From contig JAEUWC010000021.1 in assembly GCA_016786465.1 (NCBI GenBank), positions 13,786 to 77,785 of the forward strand: a stretch of DNA of 64,000 bases, written 5' to 3'. The DNA comes from Bdellovibrionales bacterium. Lineage in GTDB: Bacteria > Bdellovibrionota > UBA1018. Of this stretch, positions 10,660-21,964 are shown piece by piece. Both the position numbers and the translations under genes were made by a program. Numbering within the stretch: the first letter of the stretch is position 1; each line of letters opens with the position of its first letter. Under the pieces are notes generated by a model. It had not been told where the DNA came from. It saw only the letters and a program-made list of their open reading frames with translations, and did no database searches.

Positions 10660-11256
10660 ATGTCTCACGCGTTAGTTCTCAACGCGAGTTTTGAACCACT
10701 CCACATTGTGACTTGGCAACGTGCCATGCAACTTCTCTTCCAGGGAAAAGTTGAGGTGATCGAAGAGTCCGATCACGAAGTTCACACCGTCCGACTCACG
10801 ATCCGCGTTCCAGCAGTGCTGCGGCTTCTGAGCTACGTTCCTCTGACCCGAAAAAAACAAATCGTAAGATTTTCCCGCGCGAATATTTTCATACGCGACC
10901 GTAACGCCTGCCAGTATTGCGGAAAAGTTTTTCCAAAAAGCCATCTGACTTTGGATCACGTCGTGCCCATCGTTCAGGGCGGACCCAAGTCCTGGGAAAA
11001 TATCGTAACGGCCTGCAAGCCCTGCAATCAGAAAAAGGGCGGACGCACGCCGACCCAAGCCGGAATGTCTTTGGTTCGAAAGCCCAAGCAGCCCCGTTGG
11101 CTGCCGGCAACTTCCTTCCGAATGGGCGTATCCATTACTCCGGAACGCTGGAAAATTTATCTCAAACTAGAACGGGGCTCCGCCTACGGTCCAGACAATC
11201 CTCTTGATGATCCAACTGACATAGACCTTTCGGACCCGAGCGATGGCGACCGCTAA
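10660..11256 (+). CDS. HNH endonuclease family protein
   Basis: CQYCG...LTLDHVVPIVQGGPKSWENIVTACKPCNQKKG is an HNH/His-Me finger with zinc cysteines. Strong SD. Confidence 0.8.
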   Translation: MSHALVLNASFEPLHIVTWQRAMQLLFQGKVEVIEESDHEVHTVRLTIRVPAVLRLLSYVPLTRKKQIVRFSRANIFIRDRNACQYCGKVFPKSHLTLDHVVPIVQGGPKSWENIVTACKPCNQKKGGRTPTQAGMSLVRKPKQPRWLPATSFRMGVSITPERWKIYLKLERGSAYGPDNPLDDPTDIDLSDPSDGDR

Positions 11257-11803
11257 AAAAGACATTGCGAATCTGACTACTGGCGTAGCTCGTGAAGCGG
11301 CGGCGAAACTAAAACCCCTGACTTTTAAGGGGAAGAACGATTTCTACAAACGGATCACCGATACCTACGGGGATCTGATCTTTGATCTTAGCCAATCTGT
11401 CCTTTGGTCTCGGCCCAATGCACAGATCGCGTTTCGAAGGGTTCTGAAAACACTTTACCGAAGCAGTCTTTTGGGCCGCTATGCGCGTTACGAAAAAATC
11501 TGGGTCATTCGCGCGACGGTGAATTGTTTAATGGAAATGGCACCACGTTACGGTCGGACCCTTAGTTCCGCTGAAAGGATGATGCTGGACGGCAGTTTCG
11601 ACGCTGAAGGACGGATTCGACAAATTGATTCGTATTTCCATCGTCTGAATCACGAAGACCAAATTCTATTGATCCTTCGAGACAAGTACGAACTGAGCTT
11701 CGAAGATGTTTCTGCCTGCATGAACCTTCCGGTGGGATCTTTAAAGCTGAAGCGGGCACAAGCGCTCAAGGCGCTGGATGAAATGATTTGGGATCACGCA
11801 TGA
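11243..11803 (+). CDS. ECF-type sigma-70 family sigma factor (divergent)
   Basis: Region-2-like FYKRITDTYGDLIFDLSQSVLWSRPNAQIAFRRV and region-4 HTH QILLILRDKYELSFEDVSACMNLPVGSLKLKRAQALKAL. Overlaps the HNH gene by 14 nt. Confidence 0.65.
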   Translation: MATAKKDIANLTTGVAREAAAKLKPLTFKGKNDFYKRITDTYGDLIFDLSQSVLWSRPNAQIAFRRVLKTLYRSSLLGRYARYEKIWVIRATVNCLMEMAPRYGRTLSSAERMMLDGSFDAEGRIRQIDSYFHRLNHEDQILLILRDKYELSFEDVSACMNLPVGSLKLKRAQALKALDEMIWDHA

Positions 11804-12762
11804 CCGATTGCTTTCACTTCACGCAATCCATCACTGACTTCATGGATGGCAAGCTAGCTGCGCCCGAACAGAAAAGTTATTCCAACCACCTCGATTCCTG
11901 CGCGAGCTGTAAAGAACGCTTGGATCATTTCAAGAAAATCACGGCTGCCCTGAAGACTCTCCCTAAGATTCCACTGCCCGCAACCGTGCGTTCTTCGCCG
12001 ATGAGCCAGCAACCGGTTCGCGCCGAAGCCGGCGGCCCCCGACTGGATCCCAATGCAAAACCCGGCTCGAAGAATTGGATCAAGACTCCTTGGTACATCC
12101 GAAGCGGGATGGAAGGGATTGGAATAGCGATTGTCGTGCTTTTGATTGTTGGTGCCGTTCCTCGACTTCGAACCTGGTATGAAACCAGCCTGGAAAAAAG
12201 ACTAGAAAGCTTTAACTTGGCGGACTTTATCAGCAGCCAGTTCGATTCAGACGATTCATCTGCCGACGCAGATCATAAGATGTCGCGAGGTAAAACAGCG
12301 ACTGCCGCGGCCACAGCCGACGGAACTGCTTCAGAAACCCAAGATGAATTTTCAGGTGAAGAAGACGAAGAAGAAGCACAGCCCAAAGGGCGAAAGGACC
12401 GCCCCCTTCGCCTGGGAAATTCCGAAGTCCTTCGTTTCAACGTTTCGACCGACCAGCCTTTGGAATTTCGCTCGAAAGTGATCCAAATTCTCAAAGATTT
12501 GGGCGTTCCTGGGGAAACTCAGGGTATTGGCGGTGTTCAGGCTCCTGGCGGAATTCAATTTGATCTAGTCATCAATAATTCAATCGCTCAGCAGCTTCAA
12601 AAGCAGCTTCAAAAGTTGGCCAGCACCATGCCCAAACAGACCATGTCCAGAAATGGTGTTGAAACCACAACGCGCGAACCGTTTACCTGGTACAAAGTCC
12701 GCTCGCGTAGAAACATCCCGCCCGGAAAAATCCGCGTCGTCATCTGGCTGTTCCAGTACTAG
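11800..12762 (+). CDS. Zinc-binding (ZAS-like) transmembrane anti-sigma factor
   Basis: ATGA overlap with the sigma gene. HLDSCASCKERLDHF (H-x3-C-x2-C) near the N-terminus, one TM helix GIGIAIVVLLIVGAV, an acidic linker and a periplasmic C-terminal domain. Confidence 0.55.
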   Translation: MTDCFHFTQSITDFMDGKLAAPEQKSYSNHLDSCASCKERLDHFKKITAALKTLPKIPLPATVRSSPMSQQPVRAEAGGPRLDPNAKPGSKNWIKTPWYIRSGMEGIGIAIVVLLIVGAVPRLRTWYETSLEKRLESFNLADFISSQFDSDDSSADADHKMSRGKTATAAATADGTASETQDEFSGEEDEEEAQPKGRKDRPLRLGNSEVLRFNVSTDQPLEFRSKVIQILKDLGVPGETQGIGGVQAPGGIQFDLVINNSIAQQLQKQLQKLASTMPKQTMSRNGVETTTREPFTWYKVRSRRNIPPGKIRVVIWLFQY

Positions 12763-13896
12763 TTACATTCTTTGAATTTCGCGAACGAAGCTGATGTCGC
12801 GCTGAATGGTTTGATCCGGAAGATAAACGGGGGTCGACATTTTTGAATTCAGAAGCGCACGCTGCTTCTGATCATTTTCTTCCATCGAATGCTGTGCGTT
12901 TGACGTGGTGGTGGAAGAAATTCGTGCTCCGCCCATGCCTTGATCAGCTGCAGACAAGTACTGACCCCGGGCAGTTTCATAGGCGTCCACCACTTCAACT
13001 TCAACTGCGTATTGATTCGCAAGTGCCTGGTGGGTAGGTGATGACGAAGCATTCCCCGCAGGTGCGCTTCCCGGAACTGGAAGCGCCGATGCCGCCTGAA
13101 GTCCGGCGACCTGCCGTTTCTGATTCAATCCGTTGGCCGACCCTTGCATTCCCTGAATCAAATTGCGGTAGTCCGAAACTGCAGAAAGGTACGCGGCTTC
13201 GTCCAACTTTGCAGTTCCATCGGGGTTTCGATCCACAACGGTAATGTTCCCATGGTCCGGGTGGTCTGGATTTCTCAAAACTTCTTTGAACTTTGGAAAG
13301 TCTTCAGGCTTAGGAAAAGCGTGTCCCAATGCCTGAAAATCCGATGTCTTTCGAATTTCCGAAAGGCCATTCTTGGTGGCCACCTTCAATAGGTCATCGG
13401 TCGAAGGAATTGCCGCGGTCAAAACTTCTTGCGCGCGTTCTTCGGTCTTAAAGATTCGAACCAAGCTATCGGCACCCGCTTGTCCCGTCTTTTTCGCGTA
13501 GTCGACATGAAATTGGGCGGCCGTGTCCTGAGCCCTTCCGATTTCAACACGATTCTGGTTCAGGCGACTTTGAACCAGATTCAAATAATTTTTCTTACAG
13601 TCGGCGTCGGATTCTCCGGGAGCACAAAAGCTTTTCACGGACTTGGGTAACGCCGTGGATGATCCGACTTTCTTCGCTTGGTTGGCCAGATAAACTTCTT
13701 CTACCGACAGCAGACCCTTGGCTTGCTCATGCAAACAGCCCAGTCCACATTCCTTATCGTCGACCGACTTCTTTAGCGCTTGCGCGTAGTTTCCGACCGG
13801 CGCCGCCGATGGCGACGCAGCCAAACCTGACAAAGGGATCAGACCCAGCGCCAGCACTGCGATTGCGATTTTTTTCAGGTGCAAACCAAACGTCAT
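12763..13896 (-). CDS. Hypothetical secreted protein (signal peptide), Cys-containing N-terminal region
   Basis: MTFGLHLKKIAIAVLALGLIPLSGLAASP signal peptide, 377 aa. Convergent with the anti-sigma gene. Confidence 0.5.
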   Translation of the reverse strand: MTFGLHLKKIAIAVLALGLIPLSGLAASPSAAPVGNYAQALKKSVDDKECGLGCLHEQAKGLLSVEEVYLANQAKKVGSSTALPKSVKSFCAPGESDADCKKNYLNLVQSRLNQNRVEIGRAQDTAAQFHVDYAKKTGQAGADSLVRIFKTEERAQEVLTAAIPSTDDLLKVATKNGLSEIRKTSDFQALGHAFPKPEDFPKFKEVLRNPDHPDHGNITVVDRNPDGTAKLDEAAYLSAVSDYRNLIQGMQGSANGLNQKRQVAGLQAASALPVPGSAPAGNASSSPTHQALANQYAVEVEVVDAYETARGQYLSAADQGMGGARISSTTTSNAQHSMEENDQKQRALLNSKMSTPVYLPDQTIQRDISFVREIQRM

Positions 13897-14168
13897 TGCT
13901 ATCTGTCATGACCAAGCACTGCTGGGCAGGAATCATCACTTCCGTTCACCCACGCTTTTCGCTTGGCTCTCCTCTACCCTGAATAGATAGCAAACCCGGG
14001 GCCATGCCCCACGTTTTAGCTGGCTCGCGTGCGACAGCACCGCGAAGTCCTAGTGTCTAAGATTTTGACAGCCGACCACAAAAAATGACGAAATCGCAGA
14101 AACCAATCTGCTCTTTAGCGGTATCCTTGAGGATGCCACCGGGCATGGCAATTGCTCCAAGTAGCCTC

Positions 14169-14657
14169 ATGAAACTACCTTTAGCCGCACTTGTCCTTTT
14201 AGCCGCATGGTCTTCGAATCTTTCGTACGCTCAGCAGTTGTCAGAAGGGCTGAATCTGAGCGTGACCCGAATGGCTAGCAATCCAAAAGTTTCCGACTGG
14301 AGCCAAATGGATGAAGAGAATGTTCGTGATCACTTTGAAGCATTGACGAAGAAGAAGATCGAACAAATGGGCTTCAAAGTTCAGGAAGGGAACACCCCGC
14401 TTTTCTTGAAAGCGGATTTAGTCAAGAAGACGACAGTCAAGGGTAGCTTTTGGTTCTACGAGTACAGCCTGACTGCCAACCTAATCCCTACCGGGCAAAT
14501 GGATCCCGTCGTCGTTCACACCGCGACCTACCAAATCCCAGGTACAAAGTTCTATTCCGAATTGGACTTTCAAGATGCGGCAAAGGCCCTGTCCAGCTCA
14601 CTGACCCATGATGTGACCTTCTGGCTGGCCGTCGAACGAAAGCTGAACTCAAAATAA
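14169..14657 (+). CDS. Hypothetical secreted protein
   Basis: MKLPLAALVLLAAWSSNLSYAQQ signal peptide. Followed by a terminator. Confidence 0.45.
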   Translation: MKLPLAALVLLAAWSSNLSYAQQLSEGLNLSVTRMASNPKVSDWSQMDEENVRDHFEALTKKKIEQMGFKVQEGNTPLFLKADLVKKTTVKGSFWFYEYSLTANLIPTGQMDPVVVHTATYQIPGTKFYSELDFQDAAKALSSSLTHDVTFWLAVERKLNSK

Positions 14658-14697
14658 AAAAGGCCCGGAACGATCCGTTCCGAGCCTTCTTCTTTGG
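14652..14697. terminator. Bidirectional intrinsic terminator between the convergent genes (secreted protein and rplQ)
   Basis: AAAATAAAAAAGGCCCGGAACGATCCGTTCCGAGCCTTCTTCTTT: a perfect 7-bp stem cggaacg/cgttccg flanked by an A-run and a T-run. Confidence 0.7.
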
Positions 14698-14740
14698 GCA
14701 AGCCCTTTCAGGCTGCCCGAACTTCATGAGATTCAACCGA

Positions 14741-15334
14741 TCAGCTGCTGCCGCCGGACTTCCCGCCGCCGCTTGCAGCCGGAGTTTTGCGAGCTGCGCC
14801 GCCCGTACGAGCTGCTTTTGCAGCCTTTGGAGCCTTAGCGCCGCCTTTTCCTTGATCGCGGAAAAGCTTGCGGAAGCGGTTGAAAGGATCAGCGCTTTGG
14901 TTCGCCGGAGCTGCTGCTTGAGCACCTTCTGCGCCTTCAGCCTGAGCCTTGACCTTCTTCTTGCGATCGATCACTGGATGGTCGACCAATTCCAAAACGG
15001 CCATTTCAGCCGAATCGCCCCAACGGCGGTCTGCTAGCTTCAGAACTCGGGTGTATCCACCCGCGCGCTTTGCGTAGCGTTCAGCCAAGGTGCCGAAAAG
15101 CTTCTTCACGACCGCATCGCTGCGAGTCCGATCGAAAGCCAAGCGGCGCGAAGCCAAGGTTCCCGACTTGCCCAGGGTGATCAAGCGATCCACCACACGG
15201 CGAATTTCCTTCGCCTTGTGAAGGGTCGTGATGATCTGTTCTTTTTCAATCACCGCATTAGCCATGTTCTTAAACATTGCGCGGCGGTGTGAAGTGTTAC
15301 GGCCAAACTTCCGGCCATCTACTGCGTGTCTCAT
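14741..15334 (-). CDS. rplQ: 50S ribosomal protein L17 with long Ala/Lys/Gly-rich C-terminal extension
   Basis: N-terminal 120 aa matches the L17 consensus ([21 protein letters not shown]...). ~75 aa low-complexity tail. Confidence 0.9.
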   Translation of the reverse strand: MRHAVDGRKFGRNTSHRRAMFKNMANAVIEKEQIITTLHKAKEIRRVVDRLITLGKSGTLASRRLAFDRTRSDAVVKKLFGTLAERYAKRAGGYTRVLKLADRRWGDSAEMAVLELVDHPVIDRKKKVKAQAEGAEGAQAAAPANQSADPFNRFRKLFRDQGKGGAKAPKAAKAARTGGAARKTPAASGGGKSGGSS

Positions 15335-15339
15335 ACTTC

Positions 15340-16431
<1,092 letters not shown>

Positions 16432-16553
16432 TCTCTCTCTACCTTTCTGTCACCCCTCGGCGGACGTCCTAGACCACCCATGCGGAGTATTCAGATTGCC
16501 GTCCGAATCATTTCGAACGTTTGAACCGGCCATCCTGGCCCAGTTCTTAACTA

Positions 16554-17180
16554 TTACTTCGAATACAATTCGACGACCATGCGTTCTTCCATTGGTGCAG
16601 TGATATCATCACGTGCTGGAAGGTCGCGGATCTTCGAAGTGAAACCAGCGGCATCCAATTCGATCCACTGTGGAATTTCACGACGCTTCACAGATTCCAA
16701 GGCGCCGGCGATGCGGGTCATCGGGCGGCTCTTTTCGCGAATCGCGACGATGTCACCTTTGTCGACCATGAACGAAGGAATGTTCACTTTTTTGCCGTTC
16801 ACGGTGAAGTGGCCGTGGCGAACCAACTGGCGTGCTTCCGAACGGCTGTTTGCGAAACCTGCGCGATAAGCGACATTGTCCAAACGGCGCTCAAGCATTG
16901 TCAAAAGATTCGAGCCGGTAATGCCCTTGCGGCGTTCGGCTTCTTCGAACAATGAACGGAATTGTCTTTCAAGCATTCCGTACATGCGCTTGATCTTCTG
17001 CTTCTCGCGAAGCTGCAGACCATATTCCGAAAACTTAATGCGGCCTTGGCCGTGCTGCCCAGGTGGGTAACCGCGGCGCTCAAACGCGCATTTTTCGGTG
17101 AAACAACGATCGCCTTTCAAGAACAACTTCTGGTTCTCGCGGCGGCAGATACGACAAACTGATCCATTAAAACGTGCCAT
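16554..17180 (-). CDS. rpsD: 30S ribosomal protein S4
   Basis: [26 protein letters not shown] zinc-ribbon S4 N-terminus. Start at an internal Met of the listed ORF. Confidence 0.9.
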   Translation of the reverse strand: MARFNGSVCRICRRENQKLFLKGDRCFTEKCAFERRGYPPGQHGQGRIKFSEYGLQLREKQKIKRMYGMLERQFRSLFEEAERRKGITGSNLLTMLERRLDNVAYRAGFANSRSEARQLVRHGHFTVNGKKVNIPSFMVDKGDIVAIREKSRPMTRIAGALESVKRREIPQWIELDAAGFTSKIRDLPARDDITAPMEERMVVELYSK

Positions 17181-17197
17181 GACTAATAAACCCTTCT

Positions 17198-17665
17198 TTA
17201 GACTCTGCGCTTTTTCGGAGGACGGCATCCGTTGTGTGGAATCGGAGTGACATCTTCAATGTAAGTGACCCGTAGACCTACGGAGGAAAGTGCACGAAGT
17301 GCAGATTCACGTCCTGCACCTGGTCCGCTTACGAAAACCTGAACGGAACGCATTCCGTTTTCAACGGCTTTGCGGCCGCAATCTTCGGCGGCGACCTGAG
17401 CAGCGAAAGGAGTGTTCTTACGCGATCCGCGGAACCCTTTGCCACCGGCGCTCGACCAGCAGATGGCGTTGCCCATTGCGTCGGTGATCGTGACGACCGT
17501 GTTATTGAAGGTTGAAAGAACGTATGCGTTTCCGTTGGAAACGCTTTTCTTGCCCTTCTTGATACGCTTGACTGCCGGCGCTGCTGCGCCTTCAGTTCCA
17601 GCGGCAGCGGCTGCTGGAGCTGCTGCGGTTGCTTCTTTTTTTACTTCAGTTTTTTGCTCGCTCAT
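17198..17665 (-). CDS. rpsK: 30S ribosomal protein S11 with Ala-rich N-terminal extension
   Basis: Conserved S11 core ...[28 protein letters not shown]... Confidence 0.9.
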   Translation of the reverse strand: MSEQKTEVKKEATAAAPAAAAAGTEGAAAPAVKRIKKGKKSVSNGNAYVLSTFNNTVVTITDAMGNAICWSSAGGKGFRGSRKNTPFAAQVAAEDCGRKAVENGMRSVQVFVSGPGAGRESALRALSSVGLRVTYIEDVTPIPHNGCRPPKKRRV

Positions 17666-17674
17666 TTTCTACCC

Positions 17675-18058
17675 TTACTTCATTGCCTTAACGGACTTCT
17701 TACCAGCAATTGCAACTGCTGGTCCCTTACGGGTGCGCGCGTTCGAGTGCGTACGCTGACCACGAACTGGCAATCCTTTACGATGGCGGGTTCCGCGGTA
17801 GCAGCCCAAGTCAACCAGGCGCTTAATGTTCAACGCGGTTTCACGGCGAAGATCGCCTTCCACACGGTAAGATTTTTCCAAAATTTCACGAATCTTTGCG
17901 ACTTCGGATTCCGTTAGATCATCCGTAAGTCTGCTGAAATCCACTTTTGCTTCGGTCAAAATTGCCTTAGCGGTCGGCTTCCCAATCCCAAAAATATAGG
18001 TGAGAGCCACTTCCATCCTCTTGCTGCGCGGGAGATCGACTCCTGCTAGACGTGCCAC
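17675..18058 (-). CDS. rpsM: 30S ribosomal protein S13 (GTG start)
   Basis: [25 protein letters not shown] consensus. Confidence 0.9.
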   Translation of the reverse strand: MARLAGVDLPRSKRMEVALTYIFGIGKPTAKAILTEAKVDFSRLTDDLTESEVAKIREILEKSYRVEGDLRRETALNIKRLVDLGCYRGTRHRKGLPVRGQRTHSNARTRKGPAVAIAGKKSVKAMK

Positions 18059-18109
18059 GATTTACCCCTTTCGAACGGCTCGGCCGTTCAGTTCCTTCTT
18101 AGTTTTTGA

Positions 18110-18223
18110 TTATCCCTGACGTTGCTTATGGCGGGGGTTTTCGCAAATCACCCGAACCACGCCGCGACGGCGAATCAATTTACACTTGTCACAAATCTTT
18201 TTAACCGATGCTCGAACTTTCAT
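18110..18223 (-). CDS. rpmJ: 50S ribosomal protein L36
   Basis: Hand translation of the minus strand gives [37 protein letters not shown]. Not in the ORF track because it is under 60 aa. Confidence 0.9.
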   Translation of the reverse strand: MKVRASVKKICDKCKLIRRRGVVRVICENPRHKQRQG

Positions 18224-18243
18224 TTGATCTCCAACTCAACTCT

Positions 18244-18462
18244 CTACTTCACCCGATATGTGATCCGACCGCGGGTCAGATCGTAAGGTGACATTTCAAC
18301 CGTAACCTTATCTCCTGGAAGAATCTTGATGTAATGCATTCTCATTTTTCCCGAGATGTGCGCCAAGATCTTGTGACCGTTCGGCAGCTCCACTCGAAAC
18401 ATGGCGTTCGGAAGCGGTTCTAACACCGTCCCTTCCACCTGAATTGCATCTTCCTTAGACAT
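18244..18462 (-). CDS. infA: Translation initiation factor IF-1
   Basis: 72 aa S1-like OB fold, [13 protein letters not shown]... Confidence 0.9.
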   Translation of the reverse strand: MSKEDAIQVEGTVLEPLPNAMFRVELPNGHKILAHISGKMRMHYIKILPGDKVTVEMSPYDLTRGRITYRVK

Positions 18463-18495
18463 CCATCTTCTCCAGCACCTTTCAACAATCCCTAT

Positions 18496-19254
18496 TTAAT
18501 CAGCAGGCCATGCTGTTAAAATCTCAGGTCCCGTAGGCAGAATCGCTACGGTGTGCTCGAAATGCGCTGAAAGAGAGCGATCTGCCGTGACCGCGGTCCA
18601 TCCATCGCTCAGTACCCTAACGCCGGCTTTCCCCGCATTAATCATGGGTTCAATCGCAAGCACCATTCCAGCTTTCAGCTGCGGTCCTTTTCCTTTCGGA
18701 CCATAGTTTGGAACTTGAGGATCTTCGTGAAGAGCGCGGCCAATTCCATGTCCGACAAACTCTCGCACGACACTAAACCCCTGCGCTTCGGCGTGATTTT
18801 GAACGGCATGACCGATATCAAAAACACGATTTCCGTCGCGACACTGGTCAATTCCCTTCAAAAGGCTTTCCAAAGTCACTTTCATGAGCTTCTCTGCCTC
18901 TGAAGACACTTGACCAACAGCTACTGTTCGAGCCGAGTCTCCATACCACCCTTCGTAGCTAACTCCAAAATCAATTCCTACGATATCGCCCTTTTTTAGA
19001 ATGCGTTTATTCGAAGGAATTCCATGCACAACCTCGTCATTAACAGAAATACAGACGCTGGCTGGAAAGCCCTGATAGCCCTTAAAAACGGGGATAACAC
19101 CTAGTTCTTTGCACCGAAGTTCAGCGAAACGGTCCAGTTCGCCGGTTGATACCCCGGGGGCGACCCTTTGGATCATTTCGTGAAGAATTTGGGCCACCGC
19201 GCGGCCTGCTTTGCGCATGTATTCGAGCTCGCGGTCAGTCTTTAAAATAATCAT
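18496..19254 (-). CDS. map: Methionine aminopeptidase type I
   Basis: M24A consensus with metal ligands D/D/H/E/E. Confidence 0.9.
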   Translation of the reverse strand: MIILKTDRELEYMRKAGRAVAQILHEMIQRVAPGVSTGELDRFAELRCKELGVIPVFKGYQGFPASVCISVNDEVVHGIPSNKRILKKGDIVGIDFGVSYEGWYGDSARTVAVGQVSSEAEKLMKVTLESLLKGIDQCRDGNRVFDIGHAVQNHAEAQGFSVVREFVGHGIGRALHEDPQVPNYGPKGKGPQLKAGMVLAIEPMINAGKAGVRVLSDGWTAVTADRSLSAHFEHTVAILPTGPEILTAWPAD

Positions 19255-19272
19255 CTGAAAATACCAAACCGC

Positions 19273-19917
19273 CTATTTTAAAGCCTTTTTAAGCGCGTCC
19301 GTGACCTTTTCAGGGGCGTCTAGGGCATTGATCGATCGTAGCTTCTTTTGTTGGGTATAAAAGCCCACCAGGGGTGCCGTCTGCTTGTGGTACACCGCCA
19401 GGCGGTCCTGGATCACCTTAGGCTGATCGTCGGTTCGTTGAATCAAGCCTTGGGTGCCACATTGGTCGCAAACCCCGTCCTTGGCCGGTTTCTGGGTCAC
19501 CACGTGGTACATGGCACTGCATTTGGGGCAGGTTCTACGGCCCGAAAGGCGGCTCACCAGCTCTTGATCGTCGATCTTGAATTCCACTACACGATCAACC
19601 GAACGGCCTAGGCCGCTGAGCATCCTATCCAGGGCTTCTGCCTGAGGGATCGTCCTAGGGAAGCCATCCAAAATAAAGCCCGGCTTGCAGTCCGAAGCGC
19701 CGATTCGCTCTTGAATCAGCCCAATCACGACAGAATCCGGCACCAAGTCACCCTTGTCCATGAAGGCTTTGGCCTTCATCCCAAGTTCGGTTCCCGCTGC
19801 AATTCCCGCACGAAGCATGTCGCCCGTCGAAAGCTGAGGAATCGACATTTCTTTGATCAAGCGTTTCGCCTGGGTTCCTTTGCCGGATCCGGGCGGGCCC
19901 AAGAAAATCAAAATCAT
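19273..19917 (-). CDS. adk: Adenylate kinase (zinc-lid type)
   Basis: P-loop GPPGSGKGT. Lid CPKC...CDQC. Confidence 0.9.
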   Translation of the reverse strand: MILIFLGPPGSGKGTQAKRLIKEMSIPQLSTGDMLRAGIAAGTELGMKAKAFMDKGDLVPDSVVIGLIQERIGASDCKPGFILDGFPRTIPQAEALDRMLSGLGRSVDRVVEFKIDDQELVSRLSGRRTCPKCSAMYHVVTQKPAKDGVCDQCGTQGLIQRTDDQPKVIQDRLAVYHKQTAPLVGFYTQQKKLRSINALDAPEKVTDALKKALK

Positions 19918-21197
19918 GAGTAGGCGGCCCGGCCTTTCAAGCGAGTGTGCTTCATGAAGCCTTCGTAGTTGCGCGACAACAAGAAGGTTTCAATTTGTGC
20001 GGTCGTATCCAACGCAACACCCACCAAGATCAGAACGCTCGTTCCACCGAAGTAGAAAGGAACTTTCATGGTCTGAGTGAAAAGCGTCGGAAGAACGCAA
20101 ATTGATGAAATATAGACTGCGCCACCCAAGGTGATGCGAGCCAAAACATAATCAATGTACTGTGCGGTAGGCTGGCCTGGGCGAATCCCGGGGATGAACC
20201 CACCGTACTTCTTTAAGTTTTCTGCAACGTCATCGGTCTTGAATGTGACCGCCGTATAGAAATACGCAAAGAAAACGATCAAGCCAACGAAAAGAATTTC
20301 GTAAAGCAATGCGCCGGGCTGAAGTTGTGCCGAAATGTTCTTCACGATTTCAGACGGAAAAAACGCGGCGAAAGTTGCCGGGAACATGATCAATGAAGAT
20401 GCGAAAATCGGAGGAATGACTCCCGAAGTGTTCACCTTCAAAGGAAGATGGCTGTTCTGACCGCCATAAACTTTTCGTCCCACGATTCGCTTCGCGTACT
20501 GGACCGGAATCCGCCGCGCTCCACGTTCAAAGAAAATAATAACGAAGAAGGTGGCAAGGATCACTCCGACAATCATCAAGATCTTGAAGAAGCTCATTTC
20601 GCCCGTGCGATACAAGCTTAAGGTTGAACCGATTCCGTTTGGGATCCCGGCTGCGATACCGGAATAAATCAAAAGCGAAATACCGTTTCCGATTCCACGT
20701 TCAGAAATCTGTTCGCCAACCCACATTAAGAAAATGGTGCCCGTACAAAGAGTGATCATGGTCATCACACGAAATGCGATGCCCACGTGCAAGCTTTCCA
20801 AGACTGTAGAAATTCCGTAGCCCTGAACCAACGCCAAAAGCACGGTTCCATAGCGGGTGTACTGGGTGATTTTTTTGCGACCTTGATCGCCTTCTTTTTG
20901 CAGTTCAGCCAAGTAAGGCCACACCACCGTCAGAAGCTGGAAAATAATCGAGCTTGAAATGTAAGGTGCCACGCCCAATGCGAAAATACTGAAACGTTCT
21001 AGGGCGCCGCCGCTGAAAAGGTTGAACCAAGAAAAGATGGTTCCCTTCATCGTCGCAAAAACTTTTTGAAGTGCGGCTGCATCAACACCCGGAACCGGAA
21101 TGTGAACGCCGATTCGGTAAACAGCGAGCATGATCAAAGTAAAAACGATTCTTTTTCTGAGCTCGGAAACTTTGACGAGACCTTCAATACCGGACAT
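19914..21197 (-). CDS. secY: Preprotein translocase subunit SecY
   Basis: 10 TM helices and SecY consensus. ATGA overlap with adk. Confidence 0.9.
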   Translation of the reverse strand: MSGIEGLVKVSELRKRIVFTLIMLAVYRIGVHIPVPGVDAAALQKVFATMKGTIFSWFNLFSGGALERFSIFALGVAPYISSSIIFQLLTVVWPYLAELQKEGDQGRKKITQYTRYGTVLLALVQGYGISTVLESLHVGIAFRVMTMITLCTGTIFLMWVGEQISERGIGNGISLLIYSGIAAGIPNGIGSTLSLYRTGEMSFFKILMIVGVILATFFVIIFFERGARRIPVQYAKRIVGRKVYGGQNSHLPLKVNTSGVIPPIFASSLIMFPATFAAFFPSEIVKNISAQLQPGALLYEILFVGLIVFFAYFYTAVTFKTDDVAENLKKYGGFIPGIRPGQPTAQYIDYVLARITLGGAVYISSICVLPTLFTQTMKVPFYFGGTSVLILVGVALDTTAQIETFLLSRNYEGFMKHTRLKGRAAYS

Positions 21198-21249
21198 GAG
21201 CGAAGCCTTTCAGATGATGAATACTACTTATGAACTTTGGGTGATCAGA

Positions 21250-21290
21250 CGTAAAAAGGCCTGACCAGATAACTCCAGTCAGGCCCTTTT
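21250..21290. other. Stable hairpin with flanking U/T runs between rplO and secY (terminator/attenuator-like)
   Basis: Stem ggcctgac/gtcaggcc with a 12-nt loop. TTTT follows on the plus strand and TTTTTACG on the minus-strand transcript. Confidence 0.4.
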
Positions 21291-21306
21291 AATTGAATCA
21301 TGAAAA

Positions 21307-21804
21307 TCAATTCTTTGCCTTGGCTGCAGTCTTTTTCTTGTTCTTAATCTGCTTACCAGGGATCTTAATCAATTCAACTTTTCCGCCGGCCTTCTCGATC
21401 TTTTCTTTCGCAGAAGCGCTAACGCGGTGAGCCTTGAAGGTGAATCCACCTTTGATTTCGCCGGTGCCCAAGATCGCCAAACGGTCGAATTGACCCTTGA
21501 TGATTCCACCTTCCAACAAAGTGGCCAAGGTGACTTCTTTGGCTTTGAAGCCTTCCAATTGCGAAAGATTGACTTCAGCAATGGCGCGGCGATGTACGTT
21601 GGTGAAACCTTTCTTCGGCAAACGACGGTACAAAGGCATCTGACCGCCTTCGAATCCAGGGCGGGTGGTTCCGCCGCTGCGGGCCAACTGACCCTTGTCG
21701 CCTTTGCCGGCGGTTTGGCCCAATCCGGATCCGGATCCGCGGCCTAGTCTTTTTCTTTTTTGGGTCGCACCTGGAAGAGCGCGAATCGTATTCAACTGCA
21801 ACAT
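21307..21804 (-). CDS. rplO: 50S ribosomal protein L15
   Basis: L15 consensus with a Gly/Arg-rich N-terminus. Confidence 0.9.
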   Translation of the reverse strand: MLQLNTIRALPGATQKRKRLGRGSGSGLGQTAGKGDKGQLARSGGTTRPGFEGGQMPLYRRLPKKGFTNVHRRAIAEVNLSQLEGFKAKEVTLATLLEGGIIKGQFDRLAILGTGEIKGGFTFKAHRVSASAKEKIEKAGGKVELIKIPGKQIKNKKKTAAKAKN

Positions 21805-21964
21805 GTCTATTCCTAACGGGCGATGGTTTCGCCCTGCTTTGGATTCATCGGTTTGGCATCCCGCCTTACCTTAGTCCGGTCATCTTCAGCCCCTTATTTT
21901 CAATCTCGGGACGGCTTCACCGTCCCTGATCATCGATCCTTGGGCGTCTCGACGAAAATCGGAA

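Noticed and set aside
12590-12620. Tandem 12-nt repeat cagcttcaaaag x2
   Set aside because: Lies within the anti-sigma coding sequence (QKQLQK), not a CRISPR or regulatory repeat. No CRISPR-like arrays found anywhere in the window.
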